From Eledone cirrhosa (taxonomy: Eukaryota), in contig OZ024741.1 of the NCBI GenBank assembly GCA_964016885.1, forward strand, positions 237,646,001-237,710,000: DNA of 64,000 bases. Reading direction: 5' to 3'. Under the pieces are notes generated by a model. The model made no database searches. It had not been told where the DNA came from and worked only from the letters and a program-made list of their open reading frames with translations. Every line of letters begins with the position of its first letter. Positions within the stretch are counted from its first letter, which is position 1. This document shows, piece after piece, positions 39,950-56,140 of the stretch. Made by a program: the position numbers and the translations under genes.

Positions 39950-40293
39950 ATATTATATATATATTTATAATATTATATATATATATATTTATAATATATA
40001 TATATTGTGGATTGGCAGTATCCGTAGAGGGTCGGACGCCATGCTTTCTAGCACAGTTACGTCCCTTTACGATCTGAGTTCAAATCCCGCCGAGGATAAC
40101 TTTGCCTTTCATCCTTACGGGGTCGATAAAATAAAGTACCAGTAATGTACTGGGTAATTGCTGGCCTTGTGCCTAAAGTAGAAACAATTATATATATATA
40201 TTATATATATATATATTTATAATATTATATATATATATTATATATATATATATTTATAATATTATATATATATATTATATATATATATATTTA

Positions 40294-40335
<42 letters not shown>

Positions 40336-40337
40336 TA

Positions 40338-40370
<33 letters not shown>

Positions 40371-40401
40371 TTTTATAATATTATATATATATATATATAT
40401 A

Positions 40402-40438
<37 letters not shown>

Positions 40439-40799
40439 TCATCATCATCATCATCATCAGGTTTAGCGTCCGTGTTCCACGCTTGCATGGGTTTGGACGG
40501 GGGTTTTCCCACTTGAGGCAAGAGTGATTGTCTTGCTCGCATAGGACTGTCTGGCGGGTTTTCTACAGTTGGATGCCCTTCCTAACACCAACCACATTTA
40601 CAGTGTGGGGCTGGGAGGTTTTTACTGTGTTGCCTACACGGCCACATTACAGCGTGGACTGTGTGTTTTTTTGTCGTGACACCTACACGATCTCATTTGT
40701 TTCGGCCTGGATGTTGTGGGACCAACATAACTTTACATTGAAAGGGGCGGTGTGGATATATAAGTTATAAGAATCAAAGAACTGTTCAAAACATTTTTA

Positions 40800-40846
40800 T
40801 GCTTACAACTGTTTCCTCCAAACTGAGGTTTGGATTCTTCGGAGCA
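40800..40846 (-). ncRNA. Minimal type I hammerhead variant (CCGAAGA core)
   Basis: tgct-CCGAAGA-a-tccaaac-ctca-gtttgga-g-GAAACAGTTGTA-agca. Confidence 0.65.
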
Positions 40847-41078
40847 ATTTATTAATGAATGAACACTTATATGACCTCCTTTTCAACCCAAGAGACATAC
40901 AGATACATATGCAAATATTGTTGCTTGGTGGGTCGACATCCATTACAGCATTTAGTGTGGCAGTAAACATTTAGAGATTACATTCATATTAAAAGATAAA
41001 ATCAAAATACAGGTTAAAATACAACATGAAATTAATGCGATAGGATAGTCATAAGCGGTTATTGAGTGCAATAGTTAC

Positions 41079-41137
41079 ACGTGTGGCAAGCACGTGCGTC
41101 TTGTTTATATAACAAGACGCACGTGCTTGCCACACGT
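41079..41137. repeat. Perfect hairpin, 27-bp arms, 5-nt loop
   Basis: acgtgtggcaagcacgtgcgtcttgtt-tatat-aacaagacgcacgtgcttgccacacgt. Confidence 0.95.
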
Positions 41138-41205
41138 TGCTTTAAAATGTTGATTTAAAACTGCACTATTCACAAGTGTGTTTTAACCTTCATATCATGT
41201 CTCCC

Positions 41206-41276
41206 TATTTTATCTGACGAAAACGCAAATGTTATTGCATGATGATATTTGTTTTTGAAATGCGCATAATAAAATA
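41206..41276 (+). ncRNA. Type I hammerhead, predicted AUA cleavage after 41268
   Basis: tattttat-CTGACGA-long stem II-GAAA-TGCGCA-TA-ataaaata: perfect 8-bp stem I, palindromic ATGCGCAT stem III. Confidence 0.85.
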
Positions 41277-41402
41277 CATGGAACTCTTTTAACCATCTTT
41301 TGATCTTATATATTATTATTTATACTCCAGTCCTACAAACTGTAGAGTGCTACTTATCCGATATCTGCATTGCTTTATTGTACTACAATAAAACTCACCT
41401 CC

Positions 41403-46162
<4,760 letters not shown>

Positions 46163-46163
46163 A

Positions 46164-47035
46164 CTAGCGGAGCTACCCGGCTTCGCTCGGTTAAAAAAAA
46201 GTTTATTTAGAAAACAATAATATTAAAATTTTAATCGTTATTTAAAAACTTCTCTAATTTAGTTTCTATTTTTAAATTTGAGGCCACCACAATACCCGCA
46301 TAATTTATCCATTTTTCCAATAATCACACTTGGATGAAGACTGTAATCATAATTTGAATCGTAATGAAATGCACCAAGATTTAAATCAGCGTGCAGTATT
46401 CTTCTGGTGAGAGCATTGCATAGTCGATTCATTTCCAATCTTGCTTCCCGTTGCTTGTCTGTTTCAGATGAACGGGCTTGAGCAGTTCTTACTCGAACGG
46501 TTTGCCATCTTGCTTCCCGTTGCTCGTCTGTTTCAGATGAACGGGCTTGAGCAGTTCTTACTCGAACGGTTTGCCATCTTGCTTCCCATTGCTCGTCTGT
46601 TTCAGATGAATGGGCTTGAGCAGTTCTTACTCGAACGGTTTGCCATCTTGCTTCCCGTTGCTCGTCTGTTTTAGATGAACGGGCTTGAGCAGTTCTTACT
46701 CGAACGGTTTGCCATCTTGCTTCCCGTTGCTCGTCTGTTTCAGATGAACGGGCTTGAGCAGTTCTTACTCGAACGGTTTCCAATCTTGCTTCCCGTTGCT
46801 CGTCTGTTTCAGATGAACGGGCTTCAGCATTGCGTAGTCGATTCGTTTCCAATCTTGCTTTCCGTTGCTCGTCTGTTTCTGAAGCTCGTAATGCATATTT
46901 TTTCCTTGCTTGAGGTGTAGATTGATCAATCGCTCGTCGTTTGGGAGGCATAATTGAATAGAAAATGGGTTGATTTCTGAAATATATACATTTTTTAAAA
47001 CTATAGATAAAGGGCAAACAAACATACATTCATTT
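46164..47035 (-). mobile_element. Non-autonomous Helitron retaining the RepHel N-terminus (23-aa STPR-like repeats and start of the Zn finger)
   Basis: 3' end hairpin ccgagcgaagccggg then CTAG|T at 46164; MPPKRR...(ETDEQREARWQTVRVRTAQARSS)n...CGYCGGLKFKN; 69-bp tandem at ~46430-46880. Confidence 0.85.
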
Positions 47036-47303
47036 ATCATCATCATCATCATCATCACCGTTTAACGTCATTTTTCCATGCTAGCATGGGTCAGACGGGT
47101 TTTGTCCCACTTGGGAACTGTTTCTGGCAGGCTTTCTACGGCTGGATGCCCTTCTTAACACCAACCACATTACAGTGTGGACTGGAGCAACGTGAAAAAA
47201 TAAAGTGTCTTGCCCAAGGACACAACACATCGCCCGGTCTGGGAATCGAACTCACAACCTCATGATTGTGAATCCAACTCTCTAACCACTCAGCCACGTG
47301 CCT
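47036..47303 (-). mobile_element. tRNA-SINE with the 39550-type head but an RTE family B-type tail
   Basis: gtggctgagtggttag, gagttcgattccc, CORE-like box, tail cccgtctgacccatgctagcatggaa + (GAT)n. Confidence 0.85.
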
Positions 47304-47320
47304 ATATATATATATATATA

Positions 47321-47595
47321 GAAGCACATTCCTGGTGTTTCATTTTTAAATTTGAGGGCACCACAATACCCGCATAATTTATCCATTTTTCCAATAATCA
47401 CACTTGGATGAAGACTGTAATCATAATTTGAATCGTAATGAAATGCACCAAGATTTAAATCAGCGTGCAGTATTCTTCTGGTGAGAGCATTGCATAGTCG
47501 ATTCATTTCCAATCTTGCTTCACGTTGCTCGTCTGTTTCAGATGAACGTAGATAAAGGACAAACATACAAACAAACAAATATACATTCATTTATA
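47321..47595 (-). mobile_element. Internally deleted second copy of the Helitron 5' region; a third 5' terminus (A|TC) at ~48265-48312
   Basis: Near-identical to 46268-46472; CGYCGALKFKNETPGMC. Confidence 0.85.
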
Positions 47596-47745
47596 TATAT
47601 ATATATATATATACAGATTAATCTACCGGAGTAAACGGTAGTGTTGGATCCGTATAGAGAACTCAATGCAATCCGAGTGTGGAGAGATCATAAACAACTC
47701 ATGTAGTTAATTAATGATGCAAAACAATAGGAAAACAGAGTCAAA

Positions 47746-48161
47746 ATAAGACATTGAAAAACAATGAAAAATTAAACAAAGAACATGTTATTCATATTAA
47801 TATTGATTTATGCATCTTCATAAAAAAAAATATATCTACATATACATATACACATATACATATATATACATATACACATATATACATACACATACATATA
47901 TACTATATTTTACAAATTATACTGAGATAAATGCAAACCTACCTCCTTCAGTCCTCTATCATCAGTGTAGAATGAGAAAACAGTAAAACAATTGTGGAAA
48001 AGGATGGTATGGTGGTTACAGTAGAGAAAGATAATTAGGTCAGACCAATGGACAGCAAATGTAAAAGATAATTAGGTCAGACCAATGGACAGCAAATTTA
48101 AGTACAATAGATTAATATGAAGAACATGTTATTTGTTTAATTTTTCATTGTTTTTCAATGT

Positions 48162-48166
<5 letters not shown>
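47746..48166. repeat. Fold-back unit, ~56-bp inverted arms (47746-47801 / 48111-48166)
   Basis: ataagacattgaaaaacaatgaaaaattaaacaaa / tttgtttaatttttcattgtttttcaatgtcttat; lone minus-strand CTGATGA at 47959-47965. Confidence 0.8.
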
Positions 48167-48231
<65 letters not shown>

Positions 48232-48335
48232 TAGTAAATAAAGAGTTATTCCCCTTCCTTCCTGGACATACATACAAACAAACAAACATACATTCATTTT
48301 TATATATATAGATTTATATATATATATATAATATA

Positions 48336-48527
48336 AAAAAAGCACCCAGCTAACACTGTAAATGAGGTTGGTGTTAGGAAGGGCATGCAGCTTGTAGAAA
48401 TCAAGCTAAAATCAGTTCCCGTATGAGCAAGACAAGGTCACCCGACCTGGCATTGCCCACAACAGGACAACCCGTCTAACCCATGCTATAGTGTGGAAGA
48501 ATGAACGTAAAACTGATGATGATGATG

Positions 48528-48529
<2 letters not shown>
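48336..48529 (+). mobile_element. RTE family B 3'UTR fragment in (TA)n
   Basis: Matches 37222-37410. Confidence 0.85.
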
Positions 48530-48587
<58 letters not shown>

Positions 48588-49219
48588 ATATACATACATA
48601 TATATATATATATAAATATAATTGACAAGTTTACTTATAATGTATAATGGAGGCACATGGATCAGTGGCCTTGCAATCGAAAGGTTGTGAGTTCAATTCT
48701 CAGACCGGGTGATGTGTTGTTTCCTTGAGCAAGACACTTTATTTCACATTGCTCCAGTTTACTCAGCTGTAGAAATGAGATGATAGGGACAGGGGGCCCT
48801 ATCATTCCACTGTAAAATGGACGTGTAGGTGTCACAGCAAAAAAGCACCCACCATTCACTGTAAATGAGGTTGGTGTTGGGAAGGGCATCCAGCTGTAGA
48901 AATCAAGCCAGAATCAGTTCCCGTCCCACCCTTGCAAGCAGAGAAAAAGCGGACGTAAAATGAAATGATGATGATGATGATATATATCTAAATATAATTT
49001 CAGCGAGATTCGGATTTTGGCTGTGGTCGAAAACAAAGCGAAACGCAATATCCGAGTTATGCTGGCAAGCGCTCCATGGACCAAATAAAGACCAGAGCAA
49101 TAAACATAGGTTATAAAGGCCAAACAAACTGAGATGGCGGTCAAGAAGCCATCAACCACCTAAGCCAAAAAGACGAGGCAAGCCAAACAGGTCAAACAAA
49201 ATAATTGATATATATATAT

Positions 49220-49732
49220 ATCAAATTACAAAATATGAGCAAATAATAGACAAAAATATACCTATTTTTTTTCTTCAAAGTCCCGACTGCAGTTTCGCCG
49301 ATCCGTGTGCAATGATTTCTACACTATAAAAATGCATCATCGGAGTGTACTAACTGCTTTTTCTAGCAAATACATTATTCGCTCACTGTCCACTTTACTA
49401 CTCTTCTGTAACCACTGTATCGTTTTAATTTCTCTCTCCGCCTCTCGAGAAATTCTTGCTTACTACGAAAGAAACAGTCCTTTTTTTTTACTACTGTATA
49501 ACGTGTTAATCTCTCCCTCCGCCTCGAGAGATTTTCTCACTTGCTACGAATGCATCAAGAAGCTCCTTTTTCTGAGGCGTCTCTTGATAAGTCGTATCAA
49601 CCTCACAGCGACGATGCATTTTTATAATGCAGAAATTGTTGCACACGGATCGGCGAAACTGCAGTCGGGACTTTGAGGAAAAAAAAAGAGGTATATTTTT
49701 GTCTATTATTTCCTCAAATTTTGTAATTTGAT
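49220..49732. repeat. Fold-back unit, ~123-bp arms (49220-49342 / 49609-49732) carrying hammerhead half-sites
   Basis: Arms are reverse complementary; each contains CGAAAC-TGCA-GTC. Confidence 0.85.
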
Positions 49733-50969
49733 AAATAGCTCTGATTATTGAGTTAGTTTAATTATTTTGATTATTTTAATTCTTTCGGTCATTGAACAAA
49801 ACTTGTTAAGGTGGACACCATACATACACATATACATATGAATATGTGTGTGTATTTCATTATTATATATATATATATATATATACACACATAGTGTTGT
49901 TATTTCTGTTTACCATATATATATATATTATATATATATATATACATATGCTTACACATACACCCACAATAACACTCTGCTTAGCACTACTTTGTTTAAC
50001 ACTGATTTGCATTAGAGATCTTTTTTCTAGGAGACAATATTTTAAGTATGAAAGCACTATGCACTGGGTAATTGCTGGCCTTGTGCCTAAAGTAGAAACA
50101 ATTATTATTATAATAATTGACTTAAAAGGGCAGTGAGTTGGCAGTATCAGTAGAGGGTTGGATGCCATGCTTAGCAACATAGAGTTACGGCCCCTTATAG
50201 TCTGAGTTCAAATCCCGCCGAGGTTAAAATTGCCTTTCATCCTTTCGGGGTCGATAAAATAAAGTGCCAGTAATGCACTGAGATAATTGCTGGCTTTGTG
50301 CCAAAAGTAGAAACAATTATTATAATAATTGACTGCAAATATGTAAGAAACTATGACTCATACACATACATATTCTCACATACACCTGAATAGTTCACAC
50401 AATTGTTTATCCATCATAAATGGAAAACAGTCTGCAACTCCCAAGTGCTGAAAGTTCATCTAAAGTGATGAAAAATCTTCATACTGGATGTATAAAACTG
50501 CAAGTTATGAGGTGATTGGAAGTTGACAAACATCAAGCATATGTGGCTATGTCTGTAAACTCGGTCACATCAACATACAAAATAATATTATTTGCCATGA
50601 TGACCCCATTGTTATCACAAAATAGAAGTTGACTTTTTCAAGGAATACATTTTTGGAAAATAATGGAAGGTATGCTCTCTATATGAGTGAATGACAAAAT
50701 ACAACACACCATGCCAACAGATACAAAGCCAAGGAGTATCTTTATACACTTTACAAAAAGGAGATAATTCAGAAGCATTTACAGCAAATGAAGTTTGATT
50801 TTAACCCTTTCATTAGCATATTTACAATGAAATACACTGAATTTGAATTAATTAAGAGTTTGGAGAGATTTACTAAAATAATTAATTATTTCATTATTAA
50901 GATAGTATTTATATAATTTAGAAGTTCTTATGTCAAATTATGTTTGGAAGATTTAAATAGGAACCCATT

Positions 50970-51362
50970 AAAATGTTATGTTTTGTTGATGCTCTTGTCC
51001 AACATTGCTGTCGAAGTAGTTTACTTAGCAACAAACACAATTTCTTTATTCCAACCCATAAATCAGTTTATTTCTAATATCAGTCCTACTTCCTTTGTCA
51101 CTCTTTGAAACAACTTGTTGAGGAGACAACTCACCCAGATAAGTAATCTACTAGATACCTTTTGAAAAAATAAAACAAAAAACAAAACAAAAAAAATTGC
51201 CATATCATAAAGGCCAGAGATAATATCAAAACAACCTGTAATAAATTAACTGAAAACTGCATGAGAAGAGCTTGGCAGAAGCTATGGTCAGAAACAAGTA
51301 ATGACTTCCTGGAATTTGTTGAGGAAATCATACCAGCAGTCATTAATAACATTGTTGAGCTA
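50970..51362 (+). mobile_element. Degenerate pogo/Tigger transposase fragment
   Basis: NTISLFQPINQFI (cf. NTTSLxQPxDQG) and AWQKLW. Confidence 0.5.
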
Positions 51363-52361
51363 GACTACAGAGTGAGAATACAAAGTGTCAATGTCAACTA
51401 CTTCTCATGCAGGCATTTATACAATCTACCCTTTGCTTGGAGTGAATTGTACCTGTAATTTAAATTCTAGCCTTGTAATATATTGTGTCATGCTGAATCA
51501 ACATCATCATTAATGTTCATTTTCCCTGTTAACAAGGCTTGAACATGTCATCACAGAATGGTCAGTACTCAAGCAGAGCCACTGACCTCCATGTTGGCCA
51601 GGGACCTGACATATGATCCCTTGTTTTACTAAGTGCATTTTAGCATGGCAGTAATACTAGAGAGGTTGTTATGTCCATGGCACAACTAACTCTGCTCGAG
51701 AATTACATTAAAAGTATTGATGTCCATGGATTACTCAGTCACTTACACATTAATTTAATGAGTAGGTAGTTCAGTTGATCAAACAACTTAGTGGTCATCA
51801 TGTATAAGTAGCAAGTTATGTGACAAAGCAGTCAGTGGTAGGCAGCTGTGAAAACAAAACAGTTACTACTAACCACTGCTGTGCATCTGTTACATACAGA
51901 CACTTGCATCTTTTCTGTCAGCCTGCTTGTGATGCTACTGCATCAATTGTACACCTTTAGTTACATTAAATACTCAATACAGTACAAAGAAACACATTTC
52001 CTTGCTGTAATTTATAGTTTTTCTGTTTTATATCTATAATCATCTTTTAAATTTATATTTACAGGAATGGTAAAGAGTGAATCCTGCATGATGGTCGTAG
52101 ACAACAGAGAAAGAAGTATTAGAAACGTCCTCTACTATATTGAAATAACGTTTGCTATTTTCTGGAAGAAATAGTTTACACTATCATCTATTGTCATTGA
52201 AACTATACTGTCATGTCCCTAATTTTCTTTCCTTATTTAACATATAAAAATGGCAGACCTCTGTTGTCTCTGACTGATGACAGCTACTAAGATGCAATCT
52301 AGAGAACTTCACAGTTTATTTTTGAGGCATTTTGTTTTAAGATTTCTCTTGCCATTGTAAT

Positions 52362-52628
52362 CAGGGTTGCCAGATCAACATTATAAAACAGTAGCACCAT
52401 TTTAGACTAGCAGATTGTATTAGAAAGTTACCCAAATGTTACTAATGAATTAAAAAAAATATATTTAAGGATTGCTTGTAGGCTGGTTCAGATTTATTTA
52501 GCTGATAATTTAGTATGCTATTCAATAGGATTCTTACCTTTAAAAATTAAAAGCTAGTAGCCTAAATTTAAAATTAAATAGTAGCATGCATTCCTGAAAA
52601 GTATTTGTAGCCTAATCTGGCAACCCTG
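52362..52628. mobile_element. hAT-type MITE
   Basis: Perfect 14-bp TIRs CAGGGTTGCCAGAT / ATCTGGCAACCCTG; eroded 8-bp flanks attgtaat / cttgttta. Confidence 0.8.
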
Positions 52629-53112
52629 CTTGTTTAATGAGGCCAATTTTTAATGTGGCATGTTACCATGTTTCACTATATATTTAACAAAACACAGTGC
52701 CAAACAGTCATCATCATCTTTTAATTCCGTCTTCCAGCAGTAAATTCATTAGTCATCTGTAAACATTGTCCCAACAACGCATTTGTCAAGACGTTCTTCC
52801 ATATAGATTTATAGTTAATTAAGAAATCCTTACTATCATTGGATTTTTATTGAACTTTGAGATCACCCAATGTGAAGGTGGAGAGACACAGTAAGATTTA
52901 TTTATTTGAAAGCAAACAGTAAGATTATACAGAATTTAGTAGAAATTATAAGCAGACCATGATGATGAGGATGTGTCTTAAATCAGAAATAAAGGGTTAG
53001 ACTGAAGAAATTAGTTTGTTACAGGCTAAATAAAAGTCAATCAGTAGCTAACAAGACAGTTGGTACTAGTAATTAGAGAGAAGCCCTCTGTGGGCTAGGA
53101 CTATTGAAGACC

Positions 53113-53932
53113 ATGTATTCAATACAACCCATGTATTCGATGGGCAACCAGTTCCAGTTTGATATACATAACCAGGCATTTTACCAGTCCAGCCCTCACC
53201 ACCGTCACTATCATCACCATCACACTGCAAGTAAAACACACTCTAAAAACATTGCAAACACACAGAATCAACAGATAGACTCATCTGAACATCAACCCCC
53301 AGATACACCTACTAGTGTTGCCTACAGTGGCAGTAACACCCCAATTGGTGGCAGTGCTGGTGGTGTTAGTAGTAGTAGTAATGTTGTTAGTGGTCTGGTT
53401 AGTGGTATTAGTAGCAGTGGCAGCACTGGTAGTAGTAATAGTAGTAGCAATACTGAGAAACCATTTAAATGTGATGTATGCCGTAAGTCTTTCTCTCGGA
53501 AAGCAAATCTTAGCAACCATGAACATGCAGCAGCTGCGGCAGCGGCAGCAGCAGCAAACTCTGGTGATGGACAGAATATCTCTACTTCTGCTGCTCCATT
53601 GAAGCATTTTACATGCAGTTTCTGCATGAAAACCTTTTCTCAAAAAGTATTCCTGAAAAACCATGAATTGACCCACACAGGAGTTCGTCCCTTTCAATGC
53701 CCTTCTTGTCCCAAGGCTTTTGCCCAAAAAGTCCATTTGAAAGTTCATTCTCGAATTCACTCAGGAGAGAAACCCTATCACTGCACTTACTGTTCAAAAG
53801 CATTTGCACAGCGCGATCATCTCAGCAACCATGAGCGAGTGCACACAGGAGAGAAACCATTCCATTGTACATTCTGCTGCAAGGCATTTGCTCAGCGGTC
53901 TCACTTACGCAATCATATAAGAACACACACAG
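53113..53932 (+). CDS. C2H2 ZNF gene 2, first coding exon (His/Ser-rich N-terminus, 1 atypical and 4 canonical fingers)
   Basis: ATG 53113; donor CAG|GTAAGT, phase 1, inside the HTG linker; possible upstream acceptor ending 52064. Confidence 0.9.
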
Positions 53933-55079
53933 GTAAGTAAACAAAACTGACATTTTCTCTCCCCACCTCAGAGTTATTTTGATAGAAGGGACAAAATTAG
54001 TAGAGGGGGTCAAATTTCTAGGTTAATATTTGATCAACAAGATGTGTTGTACATATTTCTTGAGGAATAACTGTATCACATCAATTCTACATAATGTTGG
54101 TGAAGGCAACAGACACACTATCGCATCATTAGTGATGTCACTTAGCTAAAGAGACAATGGACTGTCCAACCTATTCAAATGTTTCTTTTTTCATGCAAGC
54201 TGATGTTTGAATTTCATCTCATCTTCTAGAGGTTTGATAGAAATATTTATTAGGAGTTTAGTTAGTGGAGAACACTTCTTTGTCCTTACTAATTGAATGC
54301 AAAAAGAAATCTTTAGAGATACATATGTATATGTGTGTGAAATGCCTGAGTTTTATGAGAGTACCACTGAAGGTATTGTGCTCATGTGATGTGTTGGAGT
54401 TCATTTTTGTATATGATAGTGATTATTGATGGACTTTTAGGATCAAGCGGACTAAGGTGGCTAAGCTAGAAATTGAAACTGTTTGTATGTGTTTGTGTAT
54501 CTTCAATTTTACTGTAGTCACTATACCATAAGATTCACCCTGAGGTTTCATATTGGTGTCTGAATGTATATTGGGAAACTTCAGACAGTGAAGAGAGATG
54601 TGGTGTTATTTGATACATGATGTTGACAAGAAGGTGTGCTTAAGGACTCTTTCCCCAAGAAATACAAGAGGTTCACACAGAAGTGGAATCTAAGGTTTTG
54701 GTTAGAGTACATTGGTGGAGAGAAATGAGTTGTTCAGCAGTGGTGATGGATATATAAAATGGGAATAAAGTGAGTGGAAAGAAAATCATTATAACTGGAG
54801 TATAATATGGTACAGAAGGAAAGCAAGGAAAAAGGGGTAATAAATGGAATCCAGTATTAGCGGAGAGTGCCAGGACAGGTTGAAGTGAGAAGAAAATCAA
54901 AAGGAATGTTGGCAGATTTTAAAAATTATTGAGGAGAGGAGGTAAGAGCAGGGTAAAAGAAAATTTACAGCCTCACATATGTATATATATATATATATAT
55001 CATCATCATCATCATCATCATCATCAATATATATATATATGAGGGTGTTAAAGTTTGCTTGAAGCATTGTGAAATGTGT

Positions 55080-55389
55080 AAAATACGTAGTTAAGAAAGC
55101 CACAACAATGCAGAGGGAATTCTCGAGGTAGATATAATAACGGCATTCCTGTCTTAACGACATCACAACTTTCTCCGCTTGGCCTGTTCCCCCCCTTTTG
55201 GAACTTTCCCCCGTTGATGGGCGTGAGCTCGAAATATTGGGATTAAATCTCCTCTACGGTAACCCTTCTACCTTTGTTTTGTTTTCATCTTTGTCTCTCT
55301 CAATTTTCACTTTCACCTGTTTTTCCTATCTATCTTTCACTTCCTACCTCGAGAATTCCCTCTGCATTGTTGTGGCTTTCTTAACTACG

Positions 55390-55395
<6 letters not shown>
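55080..55395. repeat. Intronic fold-back unit, perfect 52-bp arms (55080-55131 / 55344-55395), with a degenerate hammerhead in the spacer
   Basis: Exact reverse complement; TTGATGG-gcgtgagc-tCGAAA at ~55214-55234. Confidence 0.85.
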
Positions 55396-55479
<84 letters not shown>

Positions 55480-56140
55480 ATTTATTTAAATATATCTACA
55501 CATACACTATATTGCTTAGTACTACTCCATAAAGCTCTGATTCACTATAGATTTATTATTAGACATCATAGCAATTATCAAATTTAGCTTCATAAGTGAA
55601 TAATGTGTAAGTCATATTATAATACATTCATTGCAATTCAAGCTCCATTCCCTGAACTAAAATTATATGGATAGCATATTTGTAAATTGCTATGTTAAAA
55701 TGAATAAAAAGATCCTTGTTAGTCAGAAGTTCTGATAGTCTGTAAATCAGGTAGGATCCAGTTGTGCTAGTATTTCAATAGTATTTGCATTTCAAACACT
55801 TGCTCCACATACTTTCCACTAGCAACCCCAGTAGATGGCATTAGTATCTAAACCCTCAGTGAAGTGTGAGTTAATATTTTTCTGTTTGCCATTCTGAGTT
55901 CAAATCTCGCCGAGGTTAACTTTACCTTTCATCCTTACGGGGTCGATAAAATAAAGTACCAGTAATGCACTGGGTAATTGCTGGCCTTGTGCCTAACGTA
56001 GAAACAATTAATTAAATATAAATGTAGTGACACTTCAGAATAAATTATTGGAAGAAGAAAGTAAATGTAATTTTATGAAAGAAAGTGAAAGTCTTTATCC
56101 ATACATCCTTATGCAAATTAATTGAAACAAATTCTGAAAA

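Noticed and set aside
52274-52305. CTGATGA-cagctactaagat-GCAATCTAGA possible hammerhead
   Set aside because: GAAA and the cleavage triplet are broken and the stems are weak; at best a relic
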